From the NCBI GenBank assembly GCA_051294375.1, contig CM119263.1:3187232-3251231 (forward strand): a stretch of DNA of 64,000 bases, written 5' to 3'. The position numbers and the translations under genes were made by a program. The stretch is from Paraspadella gotoi (taxonomy: Eukaryota; Animalia; Chaetognatha). Below are positions 43,398 through 58,300 of the stretch, piece by piece. Within the stretch, counting starts at the first letter, position 1. Every line of letters begins with the position of its first letter. Below the pieces are notes generated by a model. The model was not told where the DNA came from. It saw only the letters and a program-made list of their open reading frames with translations, and did not search any database.

Positions 43398-46300
43398 ATG
43401 GATCTATACAGGGAATACTTGGAACTGGCCAGCTGCCTCAGCGACCAAAGGCTCAATCTGTTCCAGCGTCGAACGGAGGAAGAAAGAGATGTGGACGAGG
43501 GGCTGAGGTGTGAGGGAGGAAGGAGGGAAGAAAAGAGGAAGATGATGGAGAGAGGTGAAAGAAGGGACATTGAGTTCGCCACAGGCGGAGGGCAAAGAGG
43601 AAATATGTATGTCTGTGAGAAGAATGACAGTAAATTGTTTGTTGAAATTGATTTTATTCAACAAAATAAAGAACAAGAAATCCTTGTTAAAGAATTCGAA
43701 AACATATTATATTGAATATACTTTCTATGTGGGGTATATTCACACCACAATCCTTCAGCCAATTCCATTTGCTCAGAGGGGGAAACACACCTACACCTAC
43801 ACCTACACTGGCGTTGTGTTCGCGTCCACAGTCCTAACGACTTCCCTCTGCGTTGGCAAAGCGAGACCATCCTAGGGTAACCGCGCAGTGTCTTGAGGCG
43901 TCACTGAGGGTCGGAAGCTCCCAAAGCCACCATGAGATGCCCATCCAATGGGCATCACAGGCAACCCTACTGTTGCCTTATCATTATATTTTATTGTGTC
44001 TTTACCGCCATTGTCCAACTAAAGCTACGCGGACGTAATTCGTTCTCGTTCTCTCTATCTTCTACCGGGGCAAATCACGCGTTCCGGATTCTGGCACCGA
44101 TCATCCGCAGCCAGCGGCCCCGCGCCGCCGCTGCCGCCGCTGCCGTCCATTCCTCTTAACCTAACTCACACTTCGTCACTCTCCTCACCGTGGAGAGACT
44201 TTCCCTTGGCCGACAGCACCGCGCGGCCGACGCAGCGACCACCGCCTCCGCCGCTGCAGCAGCAGGCCAATTCCAGCTTCTCCGCCCTGCGTTGTGCGGC
44301 GTCAGCGTCAGCGTCGCGCCGACTTCGTCCTGGCCTTTTTTTCCCCTTTGGACCCTCGAAACGCATCCTCCTCCTTCCTCTTTTTTCGAGGTCCACGACG
44401 ACGCCTCCGCCCGACCTCACGCCGTCCGCGCCGATCGGCCCGCAACCGGCGCCGTTGCGGCTCCTTTTCGACGACGCCGCAGCTCCGCCGCCGCCTCCGG
44501 CGTTTCACAAGCAGACGACGCGCACGCGTCGTCGCGGCGCCAATTTCTGGATTTCGCTAAGAATCGCGCGCCGGGTGGAACGCGCGGCAGGGACAGGGGG
44601 TCGATGCGACGGCGGGGCTGCGTCGGAAGCGGGAGGCGCTGCGGCTGATGTGGACGGACTCAGGAACGCCGCGGTGAGTTGAGGCGTGGTTGGGTTGGTG
44701 GGGGTGAGCGTGAGGGAGGGGGCGGGGGCGGGGGGGAGGAAGCGAGGGAGTCTTGTTTTGATTTTAATCAAATTTTAATTTTTAATCGTTTTCCTACGTG
44801 TTTTTTTTTTGTTTTTTTTTTAATGTGGATCAATTGTTTGGTTATTCGAATGTTGTTGATTTTTTTTTTAAAGTCTGCTCGCCTTTTGTTTTTTCTTATT
44901 TTTGTTAGCAACTAATCGCATTAACGGAAGCAGCGTTCACGGTTAACGGTGAAAATTAAAACGAAATACGCAATCTGCTCACCAAAAGATTTTGTTTTCT
45001 CACGTGAATTTCAAGTCAAATCGATAATTTCAAGGCTGACAACCCTCCACGCTTTTTTTCTCTTTTCTTTCTATTTCTTTCTTCTATTTCGACATTGTTT
45101 TCCCTTTCGACAGACAAAGCGGCGCGAACCGGCGCTTCATCACGGCGCCGGATCGAGGCGCTTCGTATCAAGTTGGCGGCGCTGCAAGGCGACGAAAAAT
45201 AAATTGCCAGAATTCGATCGGGAGAATCGATAGAGGAAGAGCGATTGGGAGCAATCAGGGATTGCTTGGTAAAAAATTTCCCTTTTGCAGTAGGAATTGC
45301 TTGGTTGAAAAAAAATTTCGACATTCTTATTCCCTGAAAGGGATAGCTCGACCTTGAATCTGTTAAATCTTGGCATCAAATGAAGAACCTCGCGGGAATG
45401 CTTAAATTGTTCCCAATGGGCCCTCGATATTGCTTGTGTGTTCTTGTTTTTTTTGTGAGTCCACACCCTCAATATATATAAAGAGTAATATTAAATTGTA
45501 ATAATAAAAAGAACTTCCTTTGTCGCCCGCGATTGTTTTCCAGGCAAACGAGTCATTACGATGAGAGGAAACATAATCGAATCCGCGTTCGTTTTCTTAT
45601 TAGCGAGATTTTAGTTAACGACTGACGATAACAATACGATCAGTGATAACGATATCGATTGACGATAATGTATGGCGATAATTATAACGGTTGACTATCA
45701 CATTTTTTTCAATAACGAGGCTGAGAAAGACGAGCGAAGTGAACTGATACGAGAAACTATTATTTTCCACATTTAAACTAGAAAGTAACGACGAAATTAC
45801 AAAAAAAAAAATTAGAATCAACAATAGAAATAATCAGAATTAAATAAACTTTCGCTAATTCGAAACTGGACGCTACGCACGCGCCGCCGCGGCCCCGACG
45901 CTGCCTCAGCGCTACCTCCGACGCGCAGCCAACGCTGCGCGACCTTGAATCAGAGTTTTTTCAGTCCCTTCTCCTCTGGTCGACGAAGCCGAAGTGGAAC
46001 GGCTCTTCAATCCGCCGGCTGCGGCGGCTGTGGGTGGCGTCTGATGCGCTCAGTCGCGACGTTTTCGTCGGCGAAGAAAATTGTGAGGAGATGCGCATTT
46101 GTTTGTGTCAAATAAAAGGATACAATTCCCCAAAGGGTATTACGTCCTAATTCGTTCTATGAGATAAAACTTTGACTTTGTTTCGCCTACTTTCCGGGAA
46201 CAGGCGAACGTTTCGTGATTAAAATGTCAGAAAAACGAAAAGGATGATCTTTTGTTCATTCAACAAATAATCCCTGTTGTTTCAGCCGCATTTCCGCCGT

Positions 46301-47820
46301 CAACATGATGACGAAGACACAACCAAGAGCGTCGCTACGACGACGACGACGACGTTGATAGATTTTACGTGCGGTGGAGGAAGATGAGGAAGATGAAGAA
46401 GAAGACGAGGGACAAAACTTCTTTAACTTTCTCCCTCTTTTCGAAAACTATTTGACCGGAATTTGTCCTTTTGTTTTCGGGCAGGAGAGAGGAGAGGAGA
46501 GGGAGGGGGAGAGAGGGGAGGAAGGGGAGGAAAGGGAGGGGAGAGAGGGGAGAAAGGGAGGAGGAACGCTTAGAGTTAGGATCATTTGAAGGGGTGGGGA
46601 AGCGGAGTGGAATGTTCGGGAGGTGGAGGTAGAGAGAGCGACAATGGGATCGACGGAAATGATTGTGTTGGAGGACTTATGACGTCTTCGAGGTTGTGGA
46701 GGAAGGGGAAGGAAAGGAGGAAGAAGAGAAGAAAGGAAAGGAGGAAGAAGAGAAGGAAGGAAAGGAGGAAGAGCAAGAAGTAATCGGGCGATCCTCGCTC
46801 AAGCGGAGATACTAAAGTTGGAGATTCTGGAGGAAGTGGAGCAGCGGTGAAGGAGGAGGCGTTGTGTTGGAGGGAAGTGAGGAAGAGGAGGAAATCGAAA
46901 GCAAGATGGCGCCCTCAATTGAAGAAACTTTCGAGGTGAAGGATTTGACTATTGTACAGATTTTAGCATTCAAATTCCATACGAGAATTGAAACTCTCTT
47001 CTTTTGTCAACAGGCGATCGACACATCAAGGAAAGTTAACGAAGAAATCAAGACTAACCAACCGGTCGCACCTTCACTGGAGGAAGGTCGCACCTTCACT
47101 GGATGAGGTCGCAACTTCACTGCAGGCGATTGGACCTCTCCTGGAGGAGGTCACACCTTCACTGGAGGAGATCGCAACTTCACTGGATGAGGTCGCAACT
47201 TCACTGGATGAGGTCGCACCTTCACTGGAGGCGGCTGGATCTCTACTGGATGAGGTCGCACCTTCATCAAAAGCGGTTACACCTTCACCTTCTCCAGAGG
47301 TTTTACCATCACTGGAGGCAGTCGCATCTTCTTTGGAGGCGATCGCCCCTTTATCAGAAGCGGTCGCACCTCACTATACGCGGTCGCACCTTCGGTGGGA
47401 GAGGTCGACCTGGATGAACAAGAAGAAAAGACAAACATCGACTCTAATCGAGAGACTAAATCAATGTCGACGATTCGAGTTATTGACGCGTTGCAGATGG
47501 AAGAGGGCAATGATATCGACACCAATGACAAAGAGGCAAAGACGACGCGTTTGGGCTGTCGAAACACTTCGAACGCGGTGAATTAGGACGAAGAAAAAAC
47601 ATTGATGCCAAAACAAGAAACAAAAACACTGACGCCTCAACTTTCCCCCTTTTCTCCCGCAACAGGCTGTGAACGCTTCCAGCGCCGACGACGTCGACGA
47701 AACGAAAAACAAGGACGACGACGACGACGACGACGAAATCAGTTCGAGCGAAAGAACCTCCACTTCCCTCCTAAGAAGAAGGAGGCCTCAGTGTTGCTGC
47801 GATCTCGCTTGAAGAAGCTT
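43398..47820 (+). pseudogene. Frameshift-rich duplicate of the nested acidic-protein gene (probably read-error copy)
   Basis: Same exons as 53878-58315 in the opposite orientation, starting MDLYREYLELASCLSDQ, with many indels. Confidence 0.6.
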
Positions 47821-48254
47821 TCTTTTGGCCTTTGGCTTTTGTTAAATTCTAAAGAATTATACTTATTATAAAATTGTTTTCAAACCATTAGTGAGCTGTT
47901 TTAATCATCCTAATCAGTTAATGATTAACTTTTTCATTTTTTGTTCATTCGATCTTTATCTTTTACATTATTGATAGCGACCTGGACCACATGGCTGTAG
48001 TGCATTCATTTAATCATTCATTCCCCATGAGTCGACCTGGAGTACAGGGCAGTACTGGTCCGTCTTGGTCTGCGCCTTGGCCTCCCTCAATCCTTCCAGA
48101 CGCCCACGCAAATGCCAGAATCTCTCGTGCTCTTGATGAGCATCGCTCGCTCGCCGGCGCCCGGCATCAAGACGCGGGATGTCCTTCGCCCTCTTAAAGT
48201 CTTCACTGAAGAGGGAAAAGGTGTGAATAAGAGAGAGAGATAGAGAGAGAGAGA

Positions 48255-48331
<77 letters not shown>

Positions 48332-49960
48332 ACGAGAACTCGTCATAGAGATAAAACTTAATTTGGCAGTTTTAAAACTAACGTTATCACAAATCTCAAA
48401 CTCGTCCTCAAAAGGCCTTACCCACTTTACCCACGACTTACCAAGCGGAAGTGATCTCTAGGCCGATGAGGTGAGAGGAGGCGACGAATTCTCCGCTCGG
48501 ATTATGATCTGAACGGCGCCTCATGATTGGCCAGAGGGAGTGAATAACCCGGATGTCCAAGTGAGCTGGAGTGGACGAATTGTGATTCTGGATCCTGGAC
48601 CGAGAAGTCAAAGGAGAAAGGTTGATGCTGAGTTGTGAATCTTGGTTCTGTTTAGGGCGGCGGTAGAATGTGAATGTGAATGTGAATGTGAATGTGAATG
48701 TGAATGTGAATGTAATGTGATGCTGAGTTGTGGAATCTTGGTTCTGTTTAGGGCGGCCGGTAGAATGTGAATGAAAATCTTATTTCAAATTTTTCTTATA
48801 TATATTATGCATAGATTCGTTTTCGGAGAATTAAAGAAACCGATAGTGGTTTTCCACTTGTTCTATTCTCATCATGTACGAATATCCTGTAACGTGTTTG
48901 AAAATTGTTTTTGATGAATAAAGTTTCAAAATATAAAATTTGCTTTTCATGGCCCTCGAAAATTCGATAATTCGGATGTAATTTTTTTTATGAAGATTCT
49001 CATTCAACGAATATTTCGCGGATCAGATGGAATATTTTTAGTATATTTTCCCTTCGATTAACTTTTTAGAATTAAATTTCTTAACTCAATATTTCATATG
49101 TTATAAAAAAAAAAGACTCGTCATTTAGTTCATAATATCCCAACGATGGGGCAGAATAAGCGAGGCGACTGTGCATCGCCGTGTAGCACTGTTGGTTGGT
49201 TCAGCGTAAGCTGGGAGATCGAACGGGACCCCAGGGAATCTATTGAAGGCGATGGCCTTGAAGTCTCCCTGCTCTAGACGCAGCAGGTAAGGGCCGAGTT
49301 TGGGAGGCTGGTGAGGGTGGGGCGAGGGGGGGGGAGAATGGGGCGGAAGAGGAAATTAGTAGTCAGAGTTTCTCATGATTAATATTAAATATGTATGTCG
49401 TCTTTCTTTTTTTCTTTTCTTTTTCTTTTATCCCTCCACCGTCTCTCACGAACACGCTCTCTTCTCTGTCTTCTATCTCTCTGTCTCTCTCTCTCTCGCT
49501 CTGTCTCTGTCTCTGTCTCTCTCTGCTCTCTCTCTCTCTCTTCAGTTCATCTTTCATACTGAGAATTTCATCGGAGTACTACAAGCCGAGACAATGCTTC
49601 TCCACGAATCCTCTATTTCTTTGTATCGTCTAGTCCTGTCTGCTCATTAGCTCCACGTAAGCAACGAGTGTTCGTTCCCTAAAGACTACATTCGGATTGC
49701 CAACTCTAGTCGCGAGAGTGAATCAGTGCTCCTGTCACAGCATAACAGGCCCGATCTAAAGCCTCAAGGGAACGATCAAGTCGTTTCAGTACATAAGACA
49801 TTGAAGCTGTTTCATCTAGGTCGTTTCTCATCTCCCTCTCTCTCTCTCTCTCTCTTTTTATCCTCACAAGAAGCCAAATCCATTATTCTAGGCATCAAGA
49901 CCGAATCAAAGTGTCGTACACGTGTCACTTCTCCTCTCTCTCTTCTCTTCTCTCTTCTCT

Positions 49961-50009
<49 letters not shown>

Positions 50010-50010
50010 G

Positions 50011-50050
<40 letters not shown>

Positions 50051-50663
50051 AATACTCAGAGGATCCTGAGGTCGACCTGAACCGTCATTCCAGTCGGGAC
50101 CAATCGTGTGATTCTCGCCCAGATTGTTGTTGTTATGCACTTTGGCGTGTCTTCTTGTGGAATGAGGGCTCCTGCGTGTGGGCGAGTGGTTGTGGATTTT
50201 CAATTGCATGGAGGCAAAAAAGGGGTGTGGTTTTATCTGCGCCAGACGATGACGTCCTGAGCGGAAACGGCTTTCCGGCGAATCGGATTTCCGGCGAATC
50301 GGTCATCCGTCTTTCACGGATAATCGAGTTTATTTCCCAGCAGCAGACGATTTCATTTTTTCTTTTCTTCTTTCCATCCCTCGATTTCGCCAAATATCAT
50401 TTGTTTTGCTAATTTCGTATTTTTCTGTCTCGCTCATTTTTCAAGAAATTTGTTTACATTTTTTTAAAATTATTATTCGTCTTTCGCTTTCGATTAATAT
50501 TCGAGCGCGGATCGCATTTTCAAAGCTCAAGCAAAAAAAAAAAAAAAAATATAGACGCTGCCTTCTCGCATTCTTGTTTTTATTTATAAGAATATTATGG
50601 TTTTAAGATTTTTTTTATGAGAGACTGACAAAGAGTCTTGCCGTCTCTCTCTCTCTCTCTCTC

Positions 50664-50728
<65 letters not shown>

Positions 50729-50762
50729 ATCTCTCTCTCTCTCTCTCTCCCCCTCCTCTCAC

Positions 50763-50923
50763 CGCACGAATAGAGATCGAGGGAGCGAGATATTCTCGCC
50801 CCCTCAGATCGATTGCAATTCTCCACGTAGGATGCGAATTCTAAGGAGACTCCGGCCATTTGAGACTTGGCCACTTTACTGCCTCTGAAGATGCCACGTT
50901 TGATGAAAAGCGATATATTCAAC
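50763..50923 (-). CDS. Complete GRDP-like exon 10, present intact only in inverted orientation
   Basis: The minus strand reads cccgcag|G TTG AAT ATA... = (R)LNISLFIKRGIFRGSKVAKSQMAG...LYSC|gtgaga. Its phase matches the end of exon 9 (ACG AG|gt). Confidence 0.8.
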
Positions 50924-51039
50924 CTGCGGGGGGAACGTGGGCAACCGGGGGGGGGGTGGAGGCGTGGATTAAGGATAAAAGGGTTGAAAACTGAAACCTC
51001 CGCTTGATCTAATAATAACAAAATATAAACAAAAGAGTA

Positions 51040-51239
51040 ATCTTCAGAGGCAGTAAAGTGGCCAAGTCTCAAATGGCCGGAGTCTCCTTAGAATTCGCAT
51101 CCTACGTGGAGAATTGCAATCGATCTGAGGGGGCGAGAATATCTCGCTCCCTCGATCTCTATTCGTGCGGTGAGAGGAGGGGGAGAGAGAGAGAGAGAGA
51201 GAGAGAAGATAGAGGAGAGAGAGCAAGTAGAAGAGAAAA

Positions 51240-51310
<71 letters not shown>

Positions 51311-51933
51311 GGCAAGACTTTTGTCAGTCTCTCATAAAAAAAATCTTAAAACCATAATATTCTTATAAATAAAAATCAAGAATGGCGGAGAAGGCAGCGT
51401 CTATATTTTTTTTTTTTTTTTTTTTTTTTTGCTTGAGCTTTGAAAATGCGATCCGCGCTGCGAATATTAATCGAAAGCGAAAGACGAATAATAATTTTAA
51501 AAAAATGTAAACAAATTTCTTGAAAAATGAGCGAGACAGAAAAATACGAAATTAGCAAAACAAATGATATTTGGCGAAATCGAGGGATGGAAAGAAGAAA
51601 AGAAAAAATGAAATCGTCTGCTGCTGGGAAATAAACTCGATTATCGGTGAAAGACCGGATGAGCCGATTCGCCGGAAATCCGATTCGCCGGAAAGCCGTT
51701 TCGCTCAGGACGTCATCGTCTGGCGCAGATAAAACCCACACCCCTTTTTTTGCCTCCATGCAATTGAAAATCCACAACCACTCGCCCACACGCAGGAGCC
51801 TCATTCCACAAGAAGACACGCAAAGTGCATAACAACAACAATCTGGGCGAGAATCACAACGATCTGGTCCCGACTGGAATGACGGTTCAGGTCGACCTCA
51901 GGATCCTCGTGAGTATTGAGAGAGAGAAAGAGA

Positions 51934-51980
<47 letters not shown>

Positions 51981-52007
51981 AGAGAGAAGAGAGAGAGAGA
52001 GAGAGAA

Positions 52008-52050
<43 letters not shown>

Positions 52051-52135
52051 ACCACTGTGGTGAAACCGACACTTTGATTCGGCTCTTGGATTTCTCCTAG
52101 AATTAATGGATTTTGGCTTTCTTCGTTGACGCGAT

Positions 52136-52214
<79 letters not shown>

Positions 52215-53310
52215 CGAGAGAGAGAGAGACAGAGAGAGAGAGAGACAGAGAGAGAGAGCGTGTTCGTGAGAGACGGTGGGAGGGATAAAAGAAAAAGAAA
52301 GAAGAAAAAAAAGAAAGACGACATACATATTTAATATTTAATCATGAAAACTCTTGACTACTAATTTCCTCTCTCCGCCCCCGATTCTCCCCCCCGCCCT
52401 CGCCCCACCCTCACCCAGCCTCCCAAACTCGGCCCTTACCTGCTGCGTCTAGAGCAGGGAGACTTCAAGGCCATCGCCTTCAATCAGATTCCCTGGGGTC
52501 CCGTTCCGATCTCCCAGGCTTCGCTGAACCAACCCAACCAGTGCTACACGGCGATGCACAGGTCGCTCGCTTATTCTGCCCCATCGTTGGATATTATGAA
52601 CTAAATGACGAGTCTTTTTTTTTTATAACATATGAATAATATGAGTTAAGAAATTTAATTCTAAAAGTTTAATCGAAGGGAAAATATACTAAAAATATTT
52701 CCATCTGATCCGCGGAAATATTCGTTGAATTGAGAATCTTCATAAAAAAAAATTACATCCGAATTATTCCGAATTTTCGGAGGGCCATGAAAAGAAATTT
52801 TATATTTTGAAACTTTATTCATCAAAAACAATTTTCAAACACGTTACAGGATATTCGTACATGATTGAAGAAAAATAGAACAAGTGGAAAACCACTATCG
52901 GTTTCTTTAATTCTCCGAAAACGAATCTATGCAATATATATATATATATAAGGAAAAATTTGAAATAAGATTTTCATTCACATTCTACCGGCCGCCCTAA
53001 ACAGAACCAAGATTCACAACTCAGCATCAACCTTTCTCCTTTGACTTCTCGGTCCAGGATCCAGAATCACAATTCGTCCACTCCAGCTCACTTGGACATC
53101 CGGGTTATTCACTCCCTCTGGCCAATCATGAGCGCCGTTCAGATCATAATGCCGAGCGGAGAATTCGTCGCCTCCTCTCACCTCATCGGCCTAGAGTCAC
53201 TTCCGCTTGGTAAGTCGTGGGTAAGGTGGGTAAGGCCTTTTGAGGACGAGTTTGAGATTTGTGATAACGTTAGTTTTAAAACTGCCAAATTAAGTTTTAT
53301 CTCTATGACA

Positions 53311-53352
<42 letters not shown>

Positions 53353-53355
53353 CCT

Positions 53356-53402
<47 letters not shown>

Positions 53403-53404
53403 TC

Positions 53405-53455
<51 letters not shown>

Positions 53456-55337
53456 TTATCACACCTTTTCCCTCTTCAGTGAAAGACTTAAAAGAGGCGA
53501 AGGACATCCCGGTCTTGATGCCGGGCGCCGGCGAGCGAGCGATGCTCATCAAGAGCACGAGAGATTCTGGCATTTGCGTGGGCGTCTGGGAAGGATTGAG
53601 GGAGGCCAAGGCGCAGACCAAGACGGAGCCAGTACTGCCCTGTACTCCAGGTCGGACTCATGGGGAATGAATGATTAAATGAATGCACTACAGCCATGTG
53701 GTCCAGGTCGCTATCAATAATGTATAAAGATAAAGATCGAATGAACAAATAAATGAAAAAGTTAATCATTAACTGATTAGGATGATTAAAAAACAGCTCA
53801 CTAATGGTTTGAAAACAATTTTATAATAAGTATAATTCTTTAGAATTTAACAAAGCAAAAGGCCAAAAAGAGCTTCTTCAAGCGAGATCGCAGCAACACT
53901 GAGGCCTCCTTCTTCTTACGGAGGGAAGTGGAGGTTCTTTCGCTCGAACTGATTCGTCGTCGTCGTCGTCGTCCTTGTTTTTCGTTTCGTCGACGTCGTC
54001 GGCGCTGGAAGCGTTCACAGCCTGTTGCGGGAGAAAAGGGGGGAAAGTTGAGGCGTCAGTGTTTTTTGTTTCTTGTTTTGGCATCAATGTTTTTTTCTTC
54101 GTCCGAATCACCGCGTTCGAAGTTTCGACAGCCAAACGCGTCGTCTTTGCCTCTTTGTCATTGGTGTCGATATCATTGCCCTCTTCCATCTGCAACGCGT
54201 CAATAACTCGAATCGTCGACATTGATTTAGTCTCTCGATTAGAGTCGATGTTTGTCTTTTCTTCTTGTTCATCCAGGTCGACCTCTCCCACCGAAGGTGC
54301 GACCGCGTATAGTGATGGTGCGACCGCTTCTGATAAAGGGGCGATCGCCTCCAAAGAAGATGCGACTGCCTCCAGTGATGGTAAAACCTCTGGAGAAGGT
54401 GAAGGTGTAACCGCTTTTGATGAAGGTGCGACCTCATCCAGTAGAGATCCAGCCGCCTCCAGTGAAGGTGCGACCTCATCCAGTGAAGTTGCGACCTCAT
54501 CCAGTGAAGTTGCGATCTCCTCCAGTGAAGGTGTGACCTCCTCCAGGAGAGGTCCAATCGCCTGCAGTGAAGTTGCGACCTCATCCAGTGAAGGTGCGAC
54601 CTCCTCCAGTGAAGGTGCGACCGGTTGGTTAGTCTTGATTTCTTCGTTAACTTTCCTTGATGTGTCGATCGCCTGTTGCAAAAGAAGAGAGTTTCAATTC
54701 TCGTATGGAATTTGAATGCTAAAATCTTGTACAATAGTCAAATCCTTCACCTCGAAAGTTTCTTCAATTGAGGGCGCCATCTTGCTTTCGATTTCCTCCT
54801 CTTCCTCACTTCCCTCCAACACAACCGCCTCCTCCTTCACCGCTGCCTCCACTTCCTCCAGAATCTCCAACTTTAGTATCTCCGCTTGAGCCGAGGATCG
54901 CCCGATTACTTCTTGCTCTTCCTCCTTTCCTTCCTTCTCTTCTTCCTCCTTTCCTTTCTTCTCTTCTTCCTCCTTTCCTTCCCCTTCCTCCACAACCTCG
55001 AAGACGTCATAGTCCTCCAACACAATCATTTCCGTCGATCCCATTGTCGCTCTCTCTACCTCCACCTCCCGAACATTCCACTCCGCTTCCCCCACCCCTT
55101 CAAATGATCCTAACTCTAAGCGTTCCTCCTCCCTTTCCTCCCCTCTCTCCCCCTCCCTTTCCTCCCTTTCCTCCCCTCTCTCCCCCTCCCTCTCCTCTCC
55201 TCTCTCCTGCCCGAAAACAAAAGGCACAATTCCGGTCAAATAGTTTTCGAAAAGAGGGAGAAAGTTAAAGAAGTTTTGTCCCTCGTCTTCTTCTTCATCT
55301 TCCTCATCTTCCTCCACCGCCACGTAAAATCTATCAA

Positions 55338-55373
<36 letters not shown>

Positions 55374-58300
55374 AGCGACGCTCTTGGTTGGTGTCTTCGG
55401 TCATCATGTTGACGGCGGAAATCGGGGCTGAAACAACAGGGATAATTTGGTTGAATGAACAAAAGATCATCCTTTCGTTTTTCTTGACTTTTAATCACGA
55501 AACGTTCGCCTGTTCCCGGAAAGTAGGCGAAACAAAGTCAAAGTTTTATCTCATAGAACGAATTAGGACGTAATACCCTTTGGGGAATTGTATCCTTTTA
55601 TTTGACACAAACAAATGCGCATCTCCTCACAATTTTCTTCGCCGACGAAAACGTCGCGACTGAGCGCATCAGACGCCACCACAGCCGCCGCAGCCGGCGG
55701 ATTGAAGAGCCGTTCCACTTCGGCTTCGTCGACGCAGAGGAGAAGCGACTGAAGAAACTCTGATTCAAGGTCGGCAGCGTTGGCTGCGGCGTCGGAGGTA
55801 GCGGCTGAGGCAGCGTCGGGGCCCGCGGCGGCGCTGCGTAGCGTCCAGTTTCGAATTAGCGAAAGTTTATTTAATTCTGATTATTTCTATTGTTGATTCT
55901 AATTTTTTTTTTGGTAATTTCGTCGTTACTTTCTAGTTTAAATGTGGAAATAATAGTTTTCTCGTATCAGTTCACTTCGTCGTCTTTCTCAGCCTCGTTA
56001 TTGAAAAAATGTGATAGTCAACCGTTATAATTATCGCCATACATTATCGTCAATCGATATCGTTATCACTGATCGTTATTGTTATCGTCAGTCGTTAACT
56101 AAATCTTCGCTAATAAGAAACGAACGCGGATTCGATTATGTTTCCTCTCATCGTAATGACTCCGTTTGCCTGGAAAACAATCGCGGGCGACAAAGGAAGT
56201 TCTTTTTATTATTACAATTTTAATATACTCTTTTTATATTATTGAGGGCTGTGGCCTCACAAAAAAACAAGAACACACAAGCAATATCGAGGGCCCATTG
56301 GGAACAATGTAAGCATTCCCCGAGGTTCTTCATTTGATGCCAAGATTTAACAGATTCAAGGTCGAGCTATCCCTTTCAGGGAATAAGAATGTCGAAATTT
56401 TTTTTCAACCAAGCAATTCCTACTGCAAAAGGGAAATTTTTTACCAAGCAATCCCTGATTGCTCCCAATCGCTCTTCCTCTATCGATTTCTCCCGATCGA
56501 ATTCTGTCAATTTATTTTTCGTCGCCTGCAGCGCCGCCAACTTGATACGAAGCGCCTCGATCCGGCGCCGTGATGAAGCGCCGGTTCGCGCCGCTTTGTC
56601 TGTCGAAAGGGAAAACAATGATCGAAATAGAAGAAAGAAATAGAAAAGAAAAGAGAAAAAGCGTGGAGGGTTGTCAGCCTTGAAATTATCGATTTGACTT
56701 GAAATTCACGTGAGAAAACAAATCTTTTGGTGAGCAGATTGCGTATTTCGTTTTAATTTTCACCGTTAACCGTGAACGCTTGCTCCGTTAATGCGATTAG
56801 TTGCTAACAAAAATAAGAAAAAACAAAAGGCGAGCAGACTTTAAAAAAAAAATCAACAACATTCGAATAACCAAACAATTGATCCACATTAAAAAAAAAA
56901 ACAAAAAAAAACACGTAGGAAACGATTAAAAATTAAAATTTGATTAAAATCAAAACAAGACTCCCTCGCTTCCTCCCGCCCCCGCCCCCTCCCTCACGCT
57001 CACCCCCACCAACCCAACCACGCCTCAACTCACCCGCGGCGTTCCTGAGTCCGTCCACATTCAGCCGCAGCGCCTCCCGCTTCCGACGCAGCCCCGCCGT
57101 CGCATCGACCCCCTGTCCCTGCCGCGCGTTCCACCCGGCGCGCGATTCTTGCGAAATCCAGAAATTGTCGCCGCGACGACGCGTGCGCGTCGTCTGCTTG
57201 TGAAACGCCGGAGGCGGCGGCGGAGCTGGCGGCGTCGTCGAAAAGGAGCCGAACGGCGCCGGTTGCGGGCCGATCGGCGCGGACGGCGTGAGGTCGGGCG
57301 GAGGCGTCGTCGTGGACCTCGAAAAAGGAGGAGGAGGAGGATGCGTCGAGGGTCCAAAGGGAAAAAAAGGCCAGGACGAAGTCGGCGCCGACGCTGACGC
57401 TGACGCCGACAACGCAGGGGCGACGAAGCTGGAATTGGCCTGCTGCTGCAGCGGCGGAGGCGGTGGTCGCTGCGTCGGCCGCGGCGGTGCTGTCGGCCAA
57501 AGGGAAAGTCTCTCCACGGGTGAGGAGAGTGACGAAGTGTGAGTTAGGTTAGAGGGAATGGACGGCAGCGGCGGCAGCGGCGGCGGCGGGGCCGCTGGCG
57601 CGGATGATCGGTGCCAGAATCCGGAACCGCGTGGATTTTGCCCCGGTAGAAGATAGAGAGAACGAGAGCGAATCACGTCCGCGTAGCTTTAGTTGGACAG
57701 TGGCGGTAAAGACAAAATAAAATATATGATAGTAGGGCAACAGTAGGGTTGCCTGTGATGCCCATTGGGATGGGGCATCTCATGGTTGGCTTTGGGAGCT
57801 TCCGACCCTCAGTGACGCCTCAAGACACTGGCGCGGTTACCCTAGGATGGTCTCGCTTTGCCAACGCAGAGGGAAGTCGTTAGGACTGTGGACGGAACAC
57901 AACGCCTGTGTAGGTGTAGGTGTAGGTGTGTTCCCCCTCTGAGCAAATGGATTTGGCTGAAGGATTGTGGTGTGAATATACCGCCACAATAGAAGTATAT
58001 TCAAATATAATATTTTTTCGAATTCTTTAACAAGGATTTCTTGTTCTTTATTTTGTTGAATAAATCAATTTCAACAACAATTTACTGTCATTCTTTCACA
58101 GACATACATATTTCCTCTTTGCCCTCCGCCTGGCGAACTCAATGTCCCTTCTTTCACCTCTCTCCCATCATCTTCCTCTTTTTCTCCCTCCTTCCTCCCT
58201 CACACCTCAGCCCCTCGTCCACATCTCTTCTTCCTCCGTTCGACGCTGGAACAGATTGAGCCTTTGGTCGCTGAGGCAGCTGGCCCAGTTCCAAGTATTC

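Larger units (their letters stand above)
41301..50892 (-). repeat. Left arm of the ~9.5 kb inverted duplication (error-rich reverse copy of GRDP exons 10-16 and the nested gene)
   Basis: Reverse complement of 51040-60394, e.g. gccactttactgcctctgaagat (50870-50892) vs atcttcagaggcagtaaagtggc (51040-51062), and ttaactgatcttgtcattacc vs ggtaatgacaagatcagttaa. Confidence 0.95.

Noticed and set aside
49540-49830. ~290-bp sequence unique to the left arm as a new mobile element
   Set aside because: It has no TIR, TSD or tail and lies in the noisiest part of the arm inside a CT tract, so it may be low-quality read sequence.
53928-55268. Plus-strand ORFs (SSEGATSS..., Pro-rich) in GRDP intron 14
   Set aside because: They are antisense shadows of the nested acidic gene's repeats; the splice signals support the minus strand.
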